Numbered from the stretch's first letter, positions 1 through 8,702 are shown. The stretch is DNA of 64,000 nucleotides from an uncultured virus (IMG/VR IMGVR_UViG_3300042452_000572) (IMGVR_UViG_3300042452_000572), one strand, 5' to 3'. The notes: a model not told the origin generated them from the letters alone. Made by a program: numbers and translations.

Positions 1-51
1 CGATGCTTGGGTGGATCTTGCTTCTAGGATAAATTGGTTGAACTGCTTCAC
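1..51 (-). CDS. N-terminus of a gene running off the window (MKQFNQFILEARSTQAS...), probably the cyanophage cytidyltransferase-like protein
   Basis: GTG start at 51; open to the window edge. The MKxFxxFIxEA N-terminus resembles T4-like capsid-targeted proteins, and the position downstream of mazG fits the cyanophage cytidyltransferase. Only 17 codons are visible. Confidence 0.45.
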   Translation of the reverse strand, partial: MKQFNQFILEARSTQAS

Positions 52-259
52 TGATTTTCTGATAGATTTGAGTTTTATTTTTCTCAATAAACGCTAATCC
101 TAGCGTCTTATACTGCAAATATTTAGTCTTGTCTTCTTTGTAGTTCTCAATAGACGCAATATAAAACCTCATAAAATCTTCAATTTCACGCTTCATAATT
201 TGTTTTCTTTTCCTTAAAGACTTATATGAAGTTATTAGTTCATCAATAAGTTGGTTCAT
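1..259 (-). CDS. Hypothetical protein, truncated by the window edge (MNQLIDELITSYKSLRKRK...)
   Basis: Translated by hand. ATG at 259 overlaps the TGA of the upstream gene (ATGA overlap); no stop before position 1. Confidence 0.6.
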   Translation of the reverse strand, partial: MNQLIDELITSYKSLRKRKQIMKREIEDFMRFYIASIENYKEDKTKYLQYKTLGLAFIEKNKTQIYQKISEAVQPIYPRSKIHPSI

Positions 260-1068
260 ACTACAGGTTCAATTCTAATTACAGCTTCATTTAATCTAAC
301 GCCAGAAGGATCTGTTCCACGTCCCTTTAAGCGAATATCAATATAAGTTTTATCAGCAATTTCATTTACCAATCTGTCATTTATTGGTTTCAATTCTTTT
401 TCATTGAGAATGTAATTGGCAGTCTTATCATTACCTACACCAAAAGTCATTGCACCAGTTAACGATTCTCTTACAAGTTCTCTTTTAAATGCTAAAAATA
501 ATTTATCACCTTCTGGATTTTTTTTAGATCCTAAAATAGATTGAAGTTTTTCATTTAATCCACCAGATCTTTTTGCTTCCTCAAGGATTGCTTTCATAAC
601 TGGTTGTGGTTGTTTTTTAGGACCTTCTCCTAAAGTTTGCGATAATTGATCTAAAACCATTGCAACCTTTTTTACTTCAGAAGCTCCCATTCCCCCTTCC
701 ATTGCAACTTTAAAAAGAACATCATTCAAAACTTTTACTGTTCCTTGAATTCCAGCACTTGATAATTGATATGCATCCCCCCATTTCATTGAGCATCTAT
801 ATTTTATACCATCTCTCATAAAAAGAACATCAGTTTTTGGTTCTGGACTTGATCCGCCAAGTTGTCTAAACGATTTATAGAATTGTTGAGGATTAGAAGG
901 TTGAATTTTATTCATCATTTCGTTAGCGGCAGTTTGAACTACCTGATCAATAGGTTGAAAAGACAACTTACGTATCTCATTTTGTTCACTAAGAGTAGGA
1001 TTAGTAATTCTACTATATGCAGCAAGCATAATAGCATATTCAAATTGTTTTCCCTTATCGATTGCCAT
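256..1068 (-). CDS. Putative PD-(D/E)XK-fold endonuclease (270 aa)
   Basis: Start re-assigned to MAIDKGKQFE at 1068, preceded by GGAGAGGGG. G..FE helix, then EPKTDVLF...YRCSMKWG, fits a PD...(D/E/S)xK nuclease core. Confidence 0.6.
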   Translation of the reverse strand: MAIDKGKQFEYAIMLAAYSRITNPTLSEQNEIRKLSFQPIDQVVQTAANEMMNKIQPSNPQQFYKSFRQLGGSSPEPKTDVLFMRDGIKYRCSMKWGDAYQLSSAGIQGTVKVLNDVLFKVAMEGGMGASEVKKVAMVLDQLSQTLGEGPKKQPQPVMKAILEEAKRSGGLNEKLQSILGSKKNPEGDKLFLAFKRELVRESLTGAMTFGVGNDKTANYILNEKELKPINDRLVNEIADKTYIDIRLKGRGTDPSGVRLNEAVIRIEPVV

Positions 1069-1074
1069 AAAAAT

Positions 1075-1103
1075 ACCCCTCTCCAGATATTTAGAGAAGG
1101 GGT
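1075..1103 (-). promoter_or_regulatory. RBS-sequestering hairpin with a late promoter (TAAATA) in its loop
   Basis: Minus strand reads ACCCCTTCTC-TAAATATCTG-GAGAGGGGT. The 3' arm is the Shine-Dalgarno region of the gene starting at 1068. Confidence 0.65.
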
Positions 1104-1795
1104 TTCTTTCCGTTCCAATATTCAATAATAGGATGTTGGGACACATCTAATTCATGGTTTTTAGGTTTTTGATGAAGAATTGCTAATGCATGATCTTCGC
1201 GCAAGACTAAACTATTTTCTTGTTTTGCCTTACATCCATCACGATATGAGTAACAAATACTTGGTACAGGAGTTCTTTCTATTTCTTCGTTATGATAAAA
1301 ATCATCTGTACCATGATATTTTTCAACGTATCCTTTAGGATCTTTCATCCAGTATTCATAGATTGAAGTATTATCTTTCCAAACCATAACACTAGAATTA
1401 AACATGGATTTAGTAGGATATTTTACTTTGTGCATAACTCCTTTCCATTTTGAATAGATTAATGAAAAGTTATCTTTATGCTCTAAAATATCTTGAATAT
1501 TTCCATGGATAATAACATCCAAATCAAAGAAAATTTTTCTATCAAATTTCTTTAATTCTGGCGCAACAAACAAAAATAATTTATACCATGCTGCCCACCA
1601 ATTTTTCCAAGTTAAATATTCGGATACATCAATTAAAACTACGTTAACTCCATCAATGATACCTTCAGGATTATCAGTAAAACAGAAAAATGGTGCATCA
1701 GTTTGATGACGCACCATAGTATAAAGTTTGTTTACATAATCTGAAGTAAATTTATCACCAATCTTCAAACATGTAATACAATAATTATCGATCAT
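1091..1795 (-). CDS. Glycosyltransferase-like protein (GT-A fold)
   Basis: CLKIGDKF..DYVNKLY...FFCFTDNPEGI, WYKLFLF, IFFDLDVII (DxD motif), FNSSVMVW and HGTDDF. Start at MIDNY (1795) overlaps the end of mazG. Confidence 0.75.
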   Translation of the reverse strand: MIDNYCITCLKIGDKFTSDYVNKLYTMVRHQTDAPFFCFTDNPEGIIDGVNVVLIDVSEYLTWKNWWAAWYKLFLFVAPELKKFDRKIFFDLDVIIHGNIQDILEHKDNFSLIYSKWKGVMHKVKYPTKSMFNSSVMVWKDNTSIYEYWMKDPKGYVEKYHGTDDFYHNEEIERTPVPSICYSYRDGCKAKQENSLVLREDHALAILHQKPKNHELDVSQHPIIEYWNGKKPLL

Positions 1796-2183
1796 CTGCT
1801 GCTCGATTTTCTGAGTAATAAGCATCAAATGTCCCTTCTGGATAACGTTTAGAAAGTTTTTTGATATTCATATCAGTAAGTTCTTCCAACGAAATATCAA
1901 GAGCAAGACAAGCTTGTGCAACATACCAAAGAATATCACCAAGTTCAATCTTGAGATGTTCAATGTTATCTTCGTTTGCAGGCTTACCTTGGAAAATAAT
2001 ATTCTTTCCAATTTCCAGAAACTCACCCGCTTCTGCAGAAATGCCAACTGCTCCAGTAAGAAGACGATGAATTTCTAGACCACCATCTTCTAGTTCTTGA
2101 ATGCGAGAAACAAAAGCATCCTTATCACTTGAAGCAGGACTAGTTACTTTAGAAACAAACTCTTTATATTTTTCAAATGCCAT
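1785..2183 (-). CDS. mazG: MazG-like nucleoside triphosphate pyrophosphohydrolase
   Basis: LLTGAVGISAEAGEFLE...ELGDILWYVAQAC...NIKKLSKRYP; usual cyanophage position directly after gp41. Confidence 0.92.
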   Translation of the reverse strand: MAFEKYKEFVSKVTSPASSDKDAFVSRIQELEDGGLEIHRLLTGAVGISAEAGEFLEIGKNIIFQGKPANEDNIEHLKIELGDILWYVAQACLALDISLEELTDMNIKKLSKRYPEGTFDAYYSENRAADDR

Positions 2184-3565
2184 TAGAATTTAAAATCGCT
2201 GAATTTAGCTTTGGATGATTTACCATCATCATTATTATACTCTTCTTCGTCTCCCTTGTCAAGAATATCGTCTTGAGCAGACTGTTCACAATCATAGAGA
2301 CGCATCTTAGCACGATCAATACCAACAACAAATCTCTTATTGATGGTAGGATCATTATATCTATTCTTCAATTGCTTAACCATAATTTGACCCAACTGCT
2401 CCAATTCTTCACTACTAATCAAAGCAAACATTAAGTCAGCGGTAGCAGGAAGACCAAAACTTTCTGAGGTATCAGTTAGATTTGGATCAGAACTAGTAAA
2501 TCCACTTCTAGTGGTTTGTGTTGCAGATACAATTGGAAGATCAAATTCAACTGCTAAACCACGAAGTTCTTCTGCAATTGCTTTCACATAAGAATATGAA
2601 TTGACATTAACTGCAGAACGATAGCGAGAAGATGCACAAATGTTTAGATAGTCAATAAAGATAATATCAGGTCTAAAAGATTTCTTGAGTGCTAGTTCGT
2701 TTAGAAGTGATCTAAAATGACCAACGTGTGCAGATGCAGTGGGATATTCTTTTACGATTAGTTTCCCATTGGTACGTGAACTGAGTGCATTGATCTTCTT
2801 GAAGAAGGTGCTTTTTGGTAGTTCACTAATTTCCCTGATATTAGTGTTGAGAAGATTGGCATCAATTCTTTCTGCAATCTTTTCTTCTGCCATTTCAAGT
2901 GTGATGTATAAAACATTCTTTCCTGCGACGAGAACGCTGGAAGCAAAATGGCACATGAAAAGAGATTTACCGACACCAGTGCCAGCAAGCGCGATGTTAA
3001 GAGTTTTGTTAGAGACACCACCAGCAGTAATCTTATTAAAGTATTCAAGATCAAAGGGGATTTTACTTTCGACCCTGTGATAATATGCGTAGCGATTTTG
3101 GTAATCATCTATGTAATCGTGTCCAACATGATTGTCAAAACTAACTGCCAATGCATCAGACAAAATAGAAGGAATAGCATCTCTTCCTTTCTTTTCATCT
3201 TGTCCATCAGCAATCTTAATACTCTCCATTAGTGCCAAATAAATGGCACGTTCTTTACACCATTCTTCAGTAGTATCAATTGCCCACTGAAAGTCTACAT
3301 CAGAAGGATCTAAAGTAGCAATGAGTTGTTCACATAACTTAAACTCATCTTGAGTTATGTCTGTCCTCTTCTCAAGTTCAATAAAGAGAACTTCTTTAAG
3401 AGGAAGACTATCATACTTGGTAATGAAAGAACCAATTTCTTCAAAAATTACCTTGTCAGTTCGTTCTTCAAAGTATTCTGCTTTGATGAAGGGTAATACT
3501 TTACGAGTGTACTCCTCACGATTTAGCAGGTTCTTCAGTATCGTCAGTGGAACCCTCTCCGCCAT
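2183..3565 (-). CDS. gp41: Replicative DNA helicase (T4 gp41)
   Basis: Walker A LAGTGVGKSLFMCH, KEYPTASAH, IFIDYLNIC, SATQTTRSG, ESFGLPATAD. Start at MAERV (3565). Confidence 0.97.
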   Translation of the reverse strand: MAERVPLTILKNLLNREEYTRKVLPFIKAEYFEERTDKVIFEEIGSFITKYDSLPLKEVLFIELEKRTDITQDEFKLCEQLIATLDPSDVDFQWAIDTTEEWCKERAIYLALMESIKIADGQDEKKGRDAIPSILSDALAVSFDNHVGHDYIDDYQNRYAYYHRVESKIPFDLEYFNKITAGGVSNKTLNIALAGTGVGKSLFMCHFASSVLVAGKNVLYITLEMAEEKIAERIDANLLNTNIREISELPKSTFFKKINALSSRTNGKLIVKEYPTASAHVGHFRSLLNELALKKSFRPDIIFIDYLNICASSRYRSAVNVNSYSYVKAIAEELRGLAVEFDLPIVSATQTTRSGFTSSDPNLTDTSESFGLPATADLMFALISSEELEQLGQIMVKQLKNRYNDPTINKRFVVGIDRAKMRLYDCEQSAQDDILDKGDEEEYNNDDGKSSKAKFSDFKF

Positions 3566-4559
3566 AAGTAAACTCCATTCGTGCAGCAGCATCAAGATAC
3601 TGCATTAGTTCATCAGTAAAGTATTTTTCTGGTTCAGCATAAATTGTTTTGGCATATGCTGTGGTGCCATTGATTTCATATCGAGATCCCACCTTCTTGA
3701 CAATACCATGCTTTTCAGCAAGATCAAGAAGACCATAATAACGGTCAAGTCCACGCTCATCATAAAATAGACGAACTTCAACCTGACGATTTTCTCTAGT
3801 TAGACGCGATTTATTTGTCTTTGCCTTGATAATGTTTCCAACGACTTCTGTTCCATCCTTTTCTTTTGCCTTGCTGAGATAAATGATGGTAGAAGCAGCA
3901 TACTTAAGACCACTACCACCACCCATTTCTTTTGTAGGAACGTAAGAGCCAATAACATCGTAGGTATGGTTAGTAACGATAAGTGGAATATTTGCTTGTC
4001 CCAGTTTTAGAGTTAACATTCTAAATGCACCTTTAACAAGTTGTGATTTTGTCATATCACGAACTTGTTTATCATTAAGTACATCAGTAATTTCTTTCTC
4101 TGTGGAAAGCATTCCTAGTGAATCTAACACAAACATACAAGGTTTGCGCTGATCTACAGGTTTCTTTAAGTATATATCTACTGCCTTAAGTGCTTTGTTA
4201 CGAAAGTCTTCAACTGTTACAACATTACTAACAACTAAACGATCTGTAGGAACCCCACGACTTTCTAAAAGTGACTTAGTAATTGCTGCTTCAGTATCAA
4301 AGTAAAGAACGTATCCATCAGGATTACTATCCAGAAAGTTTTTAACTACAGCCAAACTGAAGAAAGTTTTACCTGTTGATGTTTCTCCTGCAATTGCTGT
4401 AATCTTATTTCCTGAGACGCCACCAAAGATAGACCCACTAACCAAGGCATTAAAAATATAAGAACCTGTGTCAACGTAGGTTTCTGTTTCATCGATTTCA
4501 GATGCAACATTAGTGTATTCATCTTTAATTTCCTTTATAATTTCTTTTAGAAAATCCAT
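3516..4559 (-). CDS. uvsX: RecA-like recombinase UvsX
   Basis: DTGSYIFNALVSGS, AGETSTGKTFF, LDSLGMLST, TNHTY, MGGGSGLKYAAS. Confidence 0.96.
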   Translation of the reverse strand: MDFLKEIIKEIKDEYTNVASEIDETETYVDTGSYIFNALVSGSIFGGVSGNKITAIAGETSTGKTFFSLAVVKNFLDSNPDGYVLYFDTEAAITKSLLESRGVPTDRLVVSNVVTVEDFRNKALKAVDIYLKKPVDQRKPCMFVLDSLGMLSTEKEITDVLNDKQVRDMTKSQLVKGAFRMLTLKLGQANIPLIVTNHTYDVIGSYVPTKEMGGGSGLKYAASTIIYLSKAKEKDGTEVVGNIIKAKTNKSRLTRENRQVEVRLFYDERGLDRYYGLLDLAEKHGIVKKVGSRYEINGTTAYAKTIYAEPEKYFTDELMQYLDAAARMEFTYGGEGSTDDTEEPAKS

Positions 4560-4723
4560 CAGCAAACAATTCCGTATCTTACTCGTAAAACTTTTTTATA
4601 GGATAGTCCTTCATCCATCAATTCTTTTGTCAATTTTAATTTTTCATACAATGCAGTATCACCACCAAAGGCAAGTGACTTTACAATTGTAGTCAATTCT
4701 TCATCGTTAATTGGTAAATCCAT
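4559..4723 (-). CDS. Small hypothetical protein (54 aa; MDLPINDEELTTIVKSLAFGGDTALYEKL...)
   Basis: Translated by hand. ATG at 4723; its TGA overlaps the uvsX ATG; it fills the gp43-uvsX gap directly downstream of a promoter. Confidence 0.75.
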   Translation of the reverse strand: MDLPINDEELTTIVKSLAFGGDTALYEKLKLTKELMDEGLSYKKVLRVRYGIVC

Positions 4724-4741
4724 AATGTAAGTATTTTTTTC

Positions 4742-4770
4742 ATTATAACATCAGGAGAAGAAAGATGCAA
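4742..4770 (-). promoter_or_regulatory. Sigma70-type promoter for the uvsX-gp41-mazG block
   Basis: TTGCAT-N17-TATAAT on the minus strand, overlapping the end of gp43. Confidence 0.7.
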
Positions 4771-7246
4771 GCGTAGCAGTCTTCTCAACAGACCACCCAA
4801 TACTATCTAAAATAGCTCTCAGTGGTTCCAAAAATGCCTTATCAAACTGAGTATCATAGTCAACGTAAGGAAGCAAACCAAGTTCTACTGGAAAATCATT
4901 GATGAATGAAATTACATTTTCATGAATTGGATTTGGTTTCTTCAGAAGAATGAACTTGATCTTTTCTCCATTATTGATGACATTATACTTTTCGCCAAGT
5001 TTTTTATTTTTGATATGATGATTATAAAGAAGTGCTCCTCTTGCATGGATTGGACATCCCTTTGCATAGATTGACAAATTACTTTTATACTTATCAACAT
5101 CAGAAACTGTTCGTGGAAAAGCAATCTCAGATGGAGGAAGTTTTTTGAACTGTGCTCTTGATTTTTCAATAAAATTAATTACATCATCTTCAGTTTCACT
5201 CATCATGATCTTAAGTGCATCCTTAATCATTGAACGACAAGGTGCTGGAGTTGAAGACTTGACTGCTTCGATACCCATGATTTTGAGTTTGGGTTCACTA
5301 TATCGAACACCTTCGACATCCCATGCATTCAAAATATAACGCTTCTTAGCAGTCCAAATACCACGATCAGCAATTGTTTCTCGCTTCATGAACATCTTCT
5401 GTTCATAAGCATTTACATACTCTGCCAGTTCTTTGTAAGAACTTTCAATATACTTCTCAAATTCCATTTGACAGATCTTGTCAAGGAACGAAACAATGTC
5501 CTCAGTAGTTTTCTCTCTTCCTTTGTATACACGTTCAACCAGAGGACCCAGGTTGAGGTAAATACTATCAGTATCAGAAGCAACCACATAATCTACATTA
5601 TTAGTTTTAAGAACATTGTTTATGTATGAATTCATCTTCGCTTCGATCCATCGTATACTGAGCTGACCCCCGAGAGTAATTGCTTCAGCATTGTCCAACT
5701 TATAATAACGAAAATAGTTATTGCCGATAGCACCATAGGCACTATTAAGTTGGATTTTTTTTGCCATCTGGATGTTGTTGCATCTTGCAATCTCCCGTTC
5801 CAGTGCCTTAGTTTTCTTCTTTTCATACTCTTTCTTTGCCTCCAACATTTTCTTTTTGAAGATTACACGTTCATTATAAATTCTCTCCATCAATACTGGA
5901 AGGAACCCACGTTTCTTGGTTGTAAACTGTGCTCCGTTAGGACATACAGTTACATCCTCAAGAGAACTAAGATCAACTTCTTTCTTTAGAAGTTTATCAA
6001 CATTTACACCAGGAAATTTTTCGTCAAGAAGTGTTTCTGGGGAAATGTTGTATTGCATAATCAAGTGAGGATATAGACTATTCAAGTCAAAACTTACAAC
6101 CCAATCATACACTCCTGGAGTTGGTTCTTTTACATATGCACCAGCATACTTTTCATTTTTATTTTCATCTTTTTTCGGTGGAATGACAATATTTTTTTTC
6201 TTTAGTTCATTGTAGATAATCATATCCCACATGCGAACCTGATAAAAAACATCGTTAAAGTTTACCTTTGCATCAAATGCCATAGTAACTGCTAGTTCAA
6301 CAAGTTTCATCTTCTCCTCAAGTGCGTCAACCAACCGCACGTCTTGGATGTTGTACTCTACAAACTTCTGCCAATTCTTCGTATAAAACTCTTTGAAAGT
6401 ATCAAACTCAGAGTGATCTAGTTTCTTCTTACCAAGTTCTACTTCACCAATATAATCAAGACGATAACTTTCTTGTGCTTTGTAAGTAAACTTCTTGTAA
6501 AGATCTAAGTAATCAAGAACAGTGATGCCACCAATATCATAGACAACATGCGGGCGATGGTTAACATTAATCTCTTCGTTTGTAACAAGACCCCATGGAG
6601 ACAATCTTTTGACTGCTTTTTCTCCAAGAATTTTACCGATACGCTTTGCTACGTAAGGAATATCGTAGAGTGTACAGTTCCATCCAGTAATTACTTCTGG
6701 AGTATTTGTTTGCCAATAATCTAAAAATCGATTGAGAAGATCGTACTCATCTTTACATTCGACATATAAAACTTCAGGATCATTGTTGTTGAATGATCCC
6801 TGTCCAAATGTAATAATCCTTTTGTTAGAATAGTTTTGTAGAGTAATGCAAAGCATTTCCTCATCACAGTTAGCGACTGTTGGAAATCCTCGCTCTGATG
6901 CAACCTCAATATCAATCGTCACAAGTTTCATCTTCTTGAGATCAAACTCAATATGATCTTCAGGATATTTTTCTGAGATGTACTGATAAATGTAACGTGT
7001 GTTGCCGTAGATCTCAAATCCTTCTACATTGTCATGCGTCTTGATAAATTCACGACAATCCCTTACACTACCAGGTTGAATGGATTGTACGTAATTTCCT
7101 TCTAAAGTTTTATACTTTGTTTTCTTTTTGCTAGGAACAAACAGGGTTGGTTCAAACTTTTCTCTAGCAATAAAACTTTTACCATCCTCAAATCCGCGAA
7201 CGAGAAACTCGTTCCCTACCATTTGAACGTTTGTATAATACCTCAT
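4751..7246 (-). CDS. gp43: DNA polymerase, family B (T4 gp43)
   Basis: Exonuclease DIEV motif, SFDLNSLYPHLIMQYNISPET, KIQLNSAYGAIG, ASDTDSIY, WTAKKRY. Confidence 0.98.
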   Translation of the reverse strand: MRYYTNVQMVGNEFLVRGFEDGKSFIAREKFEPTLFVPSKKKTKYKTLEGNYVQSIQPGSVRDCREFIKTHDNVEGFEIYGNTRYIYQYISEKYPEDHIEFDLKKMKLVTIDIEVASERGFPTVANCDEEMLCITLQNYSNKRIITFGQGSFNNNDPEVLYVECKDEYDLLNRFLDYWQTNTPEVITGWNCTLYDIPYVAKRIGKILGEKAVKRLSPWGLVTNEEINVNHRPHVVYDIGGITVLDYLDLYKKFTYKAQESYRLDYIGEVELGKKKLDHSEFDTFKEFYTKNWQKFVEYNIQDVRLVDALEEKMKLVELAVTMAFDAKVNFNDVFYQVRMWDMIIYNELKKKNIVIPPKKDENKNEKYAGAYVKEPTPGVYDWVVSFDLNSLYPHLIMQYNISPETLLDEKFPGVNVDKLLKKEVDLSSLEDVTVCPNGAQFTTKKRGFLPVLMERIYNERVIFKKKMLEAKKEYEKKKTKALEREIARCNNIQMAKKIQLNSAYGAIGNNYFRYYKLDNAEAITLGGQLSIRWIEAKMNSYINNVLKTNNVDYVVASDTDSIYLNLGPLVERVYKGREKTTEDIVSFLDKICQMEFEKYIESSYKELAEYVNAYEQKMFMKRETIADRGIWTAKKRYILNAWDVEGVRYSEPKLKIMGIEAVKSSTPAPCRSMIKDALKIMMSETEDDVINFIEKSRAQFKKLPPSEIAFPRTVSDVDKYKSNLSIYAKGCPIHARGALLYNHHIKNKKLGEKYNVINNGEKIKFILLKKPNPIHENVISFINDFPVELGLLPYVDYDTQFDKAFLEPLRAILDSIGWSVEKTATLASFFS

Positions 7247-7491
7247 TCAGCAGTCAACGATTGATACTTATTCAAATAATCTTTGTTAGCATCCACAATA
7301 GTCAAAATACTATCGGAATGGATCATCATCTCAGTTTGACTTGTAAAGTCACTCATCCATGGAATTAATCCTGTTTCAGCAACTACAAATGGTTGAATAA
7401 GTTTACAATCTGGTTCACCAAGTTCAGATGGCACTTCTTCAATTCTACTAATAAGAATAATATTAGTTTTCAATAATAAAACCTTAATCAT
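7243..7491 (-). CDS. Conserved phage hypothetical protein (82 aa)
   Basis: Coupled to both neighbours by overlapping start/stop codons. The ELGEPDCKL..PF pattern is typical of the small gene upstream of cyanophage gp43. Confidence 0.75.
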   Translation of the reverse strand: MIKVLLLKTNIILISRIEEVPSELGEPDCKLIQPFVVAETGLIPWMSDFTSQTEMMIHSDSILTIVDANKDYLNKYQSLTAE

Positions 7492-8231
7492 GGTAAAGAC
7501 AGCTTCTGTGTCTTCAATTCTACCACTGCCTTGCGTACCTTGTCAATGTACCCACTGTTACGTAATTCTTTAAATACGAGATTTTCAAATCCATATTCCC
7601 CATACTTATCAAGAGAAGAATTTCTTGCAGTATTCAATTTTTTTAAGACTGCACGAAGTCCAGTTTCATTATTACCTCGGATCAGAGTATCAATTTTATT
7701 TTTTATATTATTTGCTTTCTTCTCCAACTCAGCCTCATCAAGTTCACCCTCAAACTTTTGTGGTTGTTGGACCCATTTATTTTTTAATATACTAAAAACT
7801 CCCTGACTTTTTCTTCTAGTAACTCCTGGTTTTTCTAGATATGGTTCTACATCTGCACCATAAACTTTTACGTCATGCGTTAATGACCACAAAGTTTTTT
7901 TGTCTTTAAAGTAATCGTCCAACAATTCAGGATCACATTGTGGAAGATACTTTGGATCAACAACCAAATGAACATCAATGTCAGAATATGATGTATAGTT
8001 GTATCCAGCATTGCCACCAAGCATCAACACATCTTTGATTGCTTTGCTATCGAGTTCAACATACTCTGCAAAAGCATCAGCAAATCTAAGAAGGGCAGAT
8101 CTGATATTTGCCTTCAGATCATACCCATCCCAGAATGTTGGATTTAGTTGATCTCTAAATTTCAGCGTCAGATTTTCATTTAATTTTCTTAAATCCGACG
8201 CTGAAATATGTCTTCTTATACGACTATACAA
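7488..8231 (-). CDS. Pol-beta superfamily nucleotidyltransferase
   Basis: LGGNAGYNYTSYSDIDVHLVV (hG[GS]..DxD motif), third acidic residue in DVEPY, C-terminal GEYGFENLVFKELRNSGY. TTG start. Confidence 0.8.
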   Translation of the reverse strand: MYSRIRRHISASDLRKLNENLTLKFRDQLNPTFWDGYDLKANIRSALLRFADAFAEYVELDSKAIKDVLMLGGNAGYNYTSYSDIDVHLVVDPKYLPQCDPELLDDYFKDKKTLWSLTHDVKVYGADVEPYLEKPGVTRRKSQGVFSILKNKWVQQPQKFEGELDEAELEKKANNIKNKIDTLIRGNNETGLRAVLKKLNTARNSSLDKYGEYGFENLVFKELRNSGYIDKVRKAVVELKTQKLSLP

Positions 8232-8252
8232 AACACTTCATTCGTTTTGAAG

Positions 8253-8258
8253 TATTTA
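8253..8258 (-). promoter_or_regulatory. T4-type late promoter (TAAATA) upstream of the nucleotidyltransferase
   Basis: CTAAATA overlapping the hsp20 stop codon, about 22 nt before the TTG start. Confidence 0.5.
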
Positions 8259-8633
8259 GAGGTAATCTTTTCTCCTTTGTTCTTCAGGAATGACTTTATT
8301 AAAGTCAATGTAAATAACCCCATCAATGTGATTTACTCCAGTAATAACCAAATCAGTAGGCATTTGCCAAACACGATTAAATCGACGGAAAGCTAATCCG
8401 CGATGAATATATTCTGAAGTTTCAAAATCTTCTTTGTTACCCTCAATAAAAAGTTTACCTTGTTCAGTATAAACTTTTACTTCATTTCGTTTAAATCCCG
8501 CTACTGCCATCTCAAGACGATATCCTTCTTTAGTCTTGAGAATATTATGTGGGGGGTAATTTGTATTTGAAATTGATTCTAAATACGTCCTTGTTTCAGG
8601 CACGCTAAGTGTAATTGAATGTGAACCAAACAT
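8256..8633 (-). CDS. hsp20: Small heat-shock protein (Hsp20/IbpA-like)
   Basis: NYPPHNI...YRLEMAVAGFK...YIHRGLAFRRFNRVW...DGVIYIDF..VIPEE alpha-crystallin domain. Confidence 0.93.
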   Translation of the reverse strand: MFGSHSITLSVPETRTYLESISNTNYPPHNILKTKEGYRLEMAVAGFKRNEVKVYTEQGKLFIEGNKEDFETSEYIHRGLAFRRFNRVWQMPTDLVITGVNHIDGVIYIDFNKVIPEEQRRKDYL

Positions 8634-8702
8634 AGTGACCTCTTTGAGCGTCTAGTGTTGAATGTCCCTTGCGGCGACATTACTAATTATATAGGATCCA
8701 AT

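Noticed and set aside
1069..1146. Upstream extensions of ORF-track starts (also for gp41, gp62, gp44, uvsW and the glycosyltransferase)
   Set aside because: The extensions overlap upstream genes; downstream ATGs match the conserved N-termini and coupling or RBS signals better.
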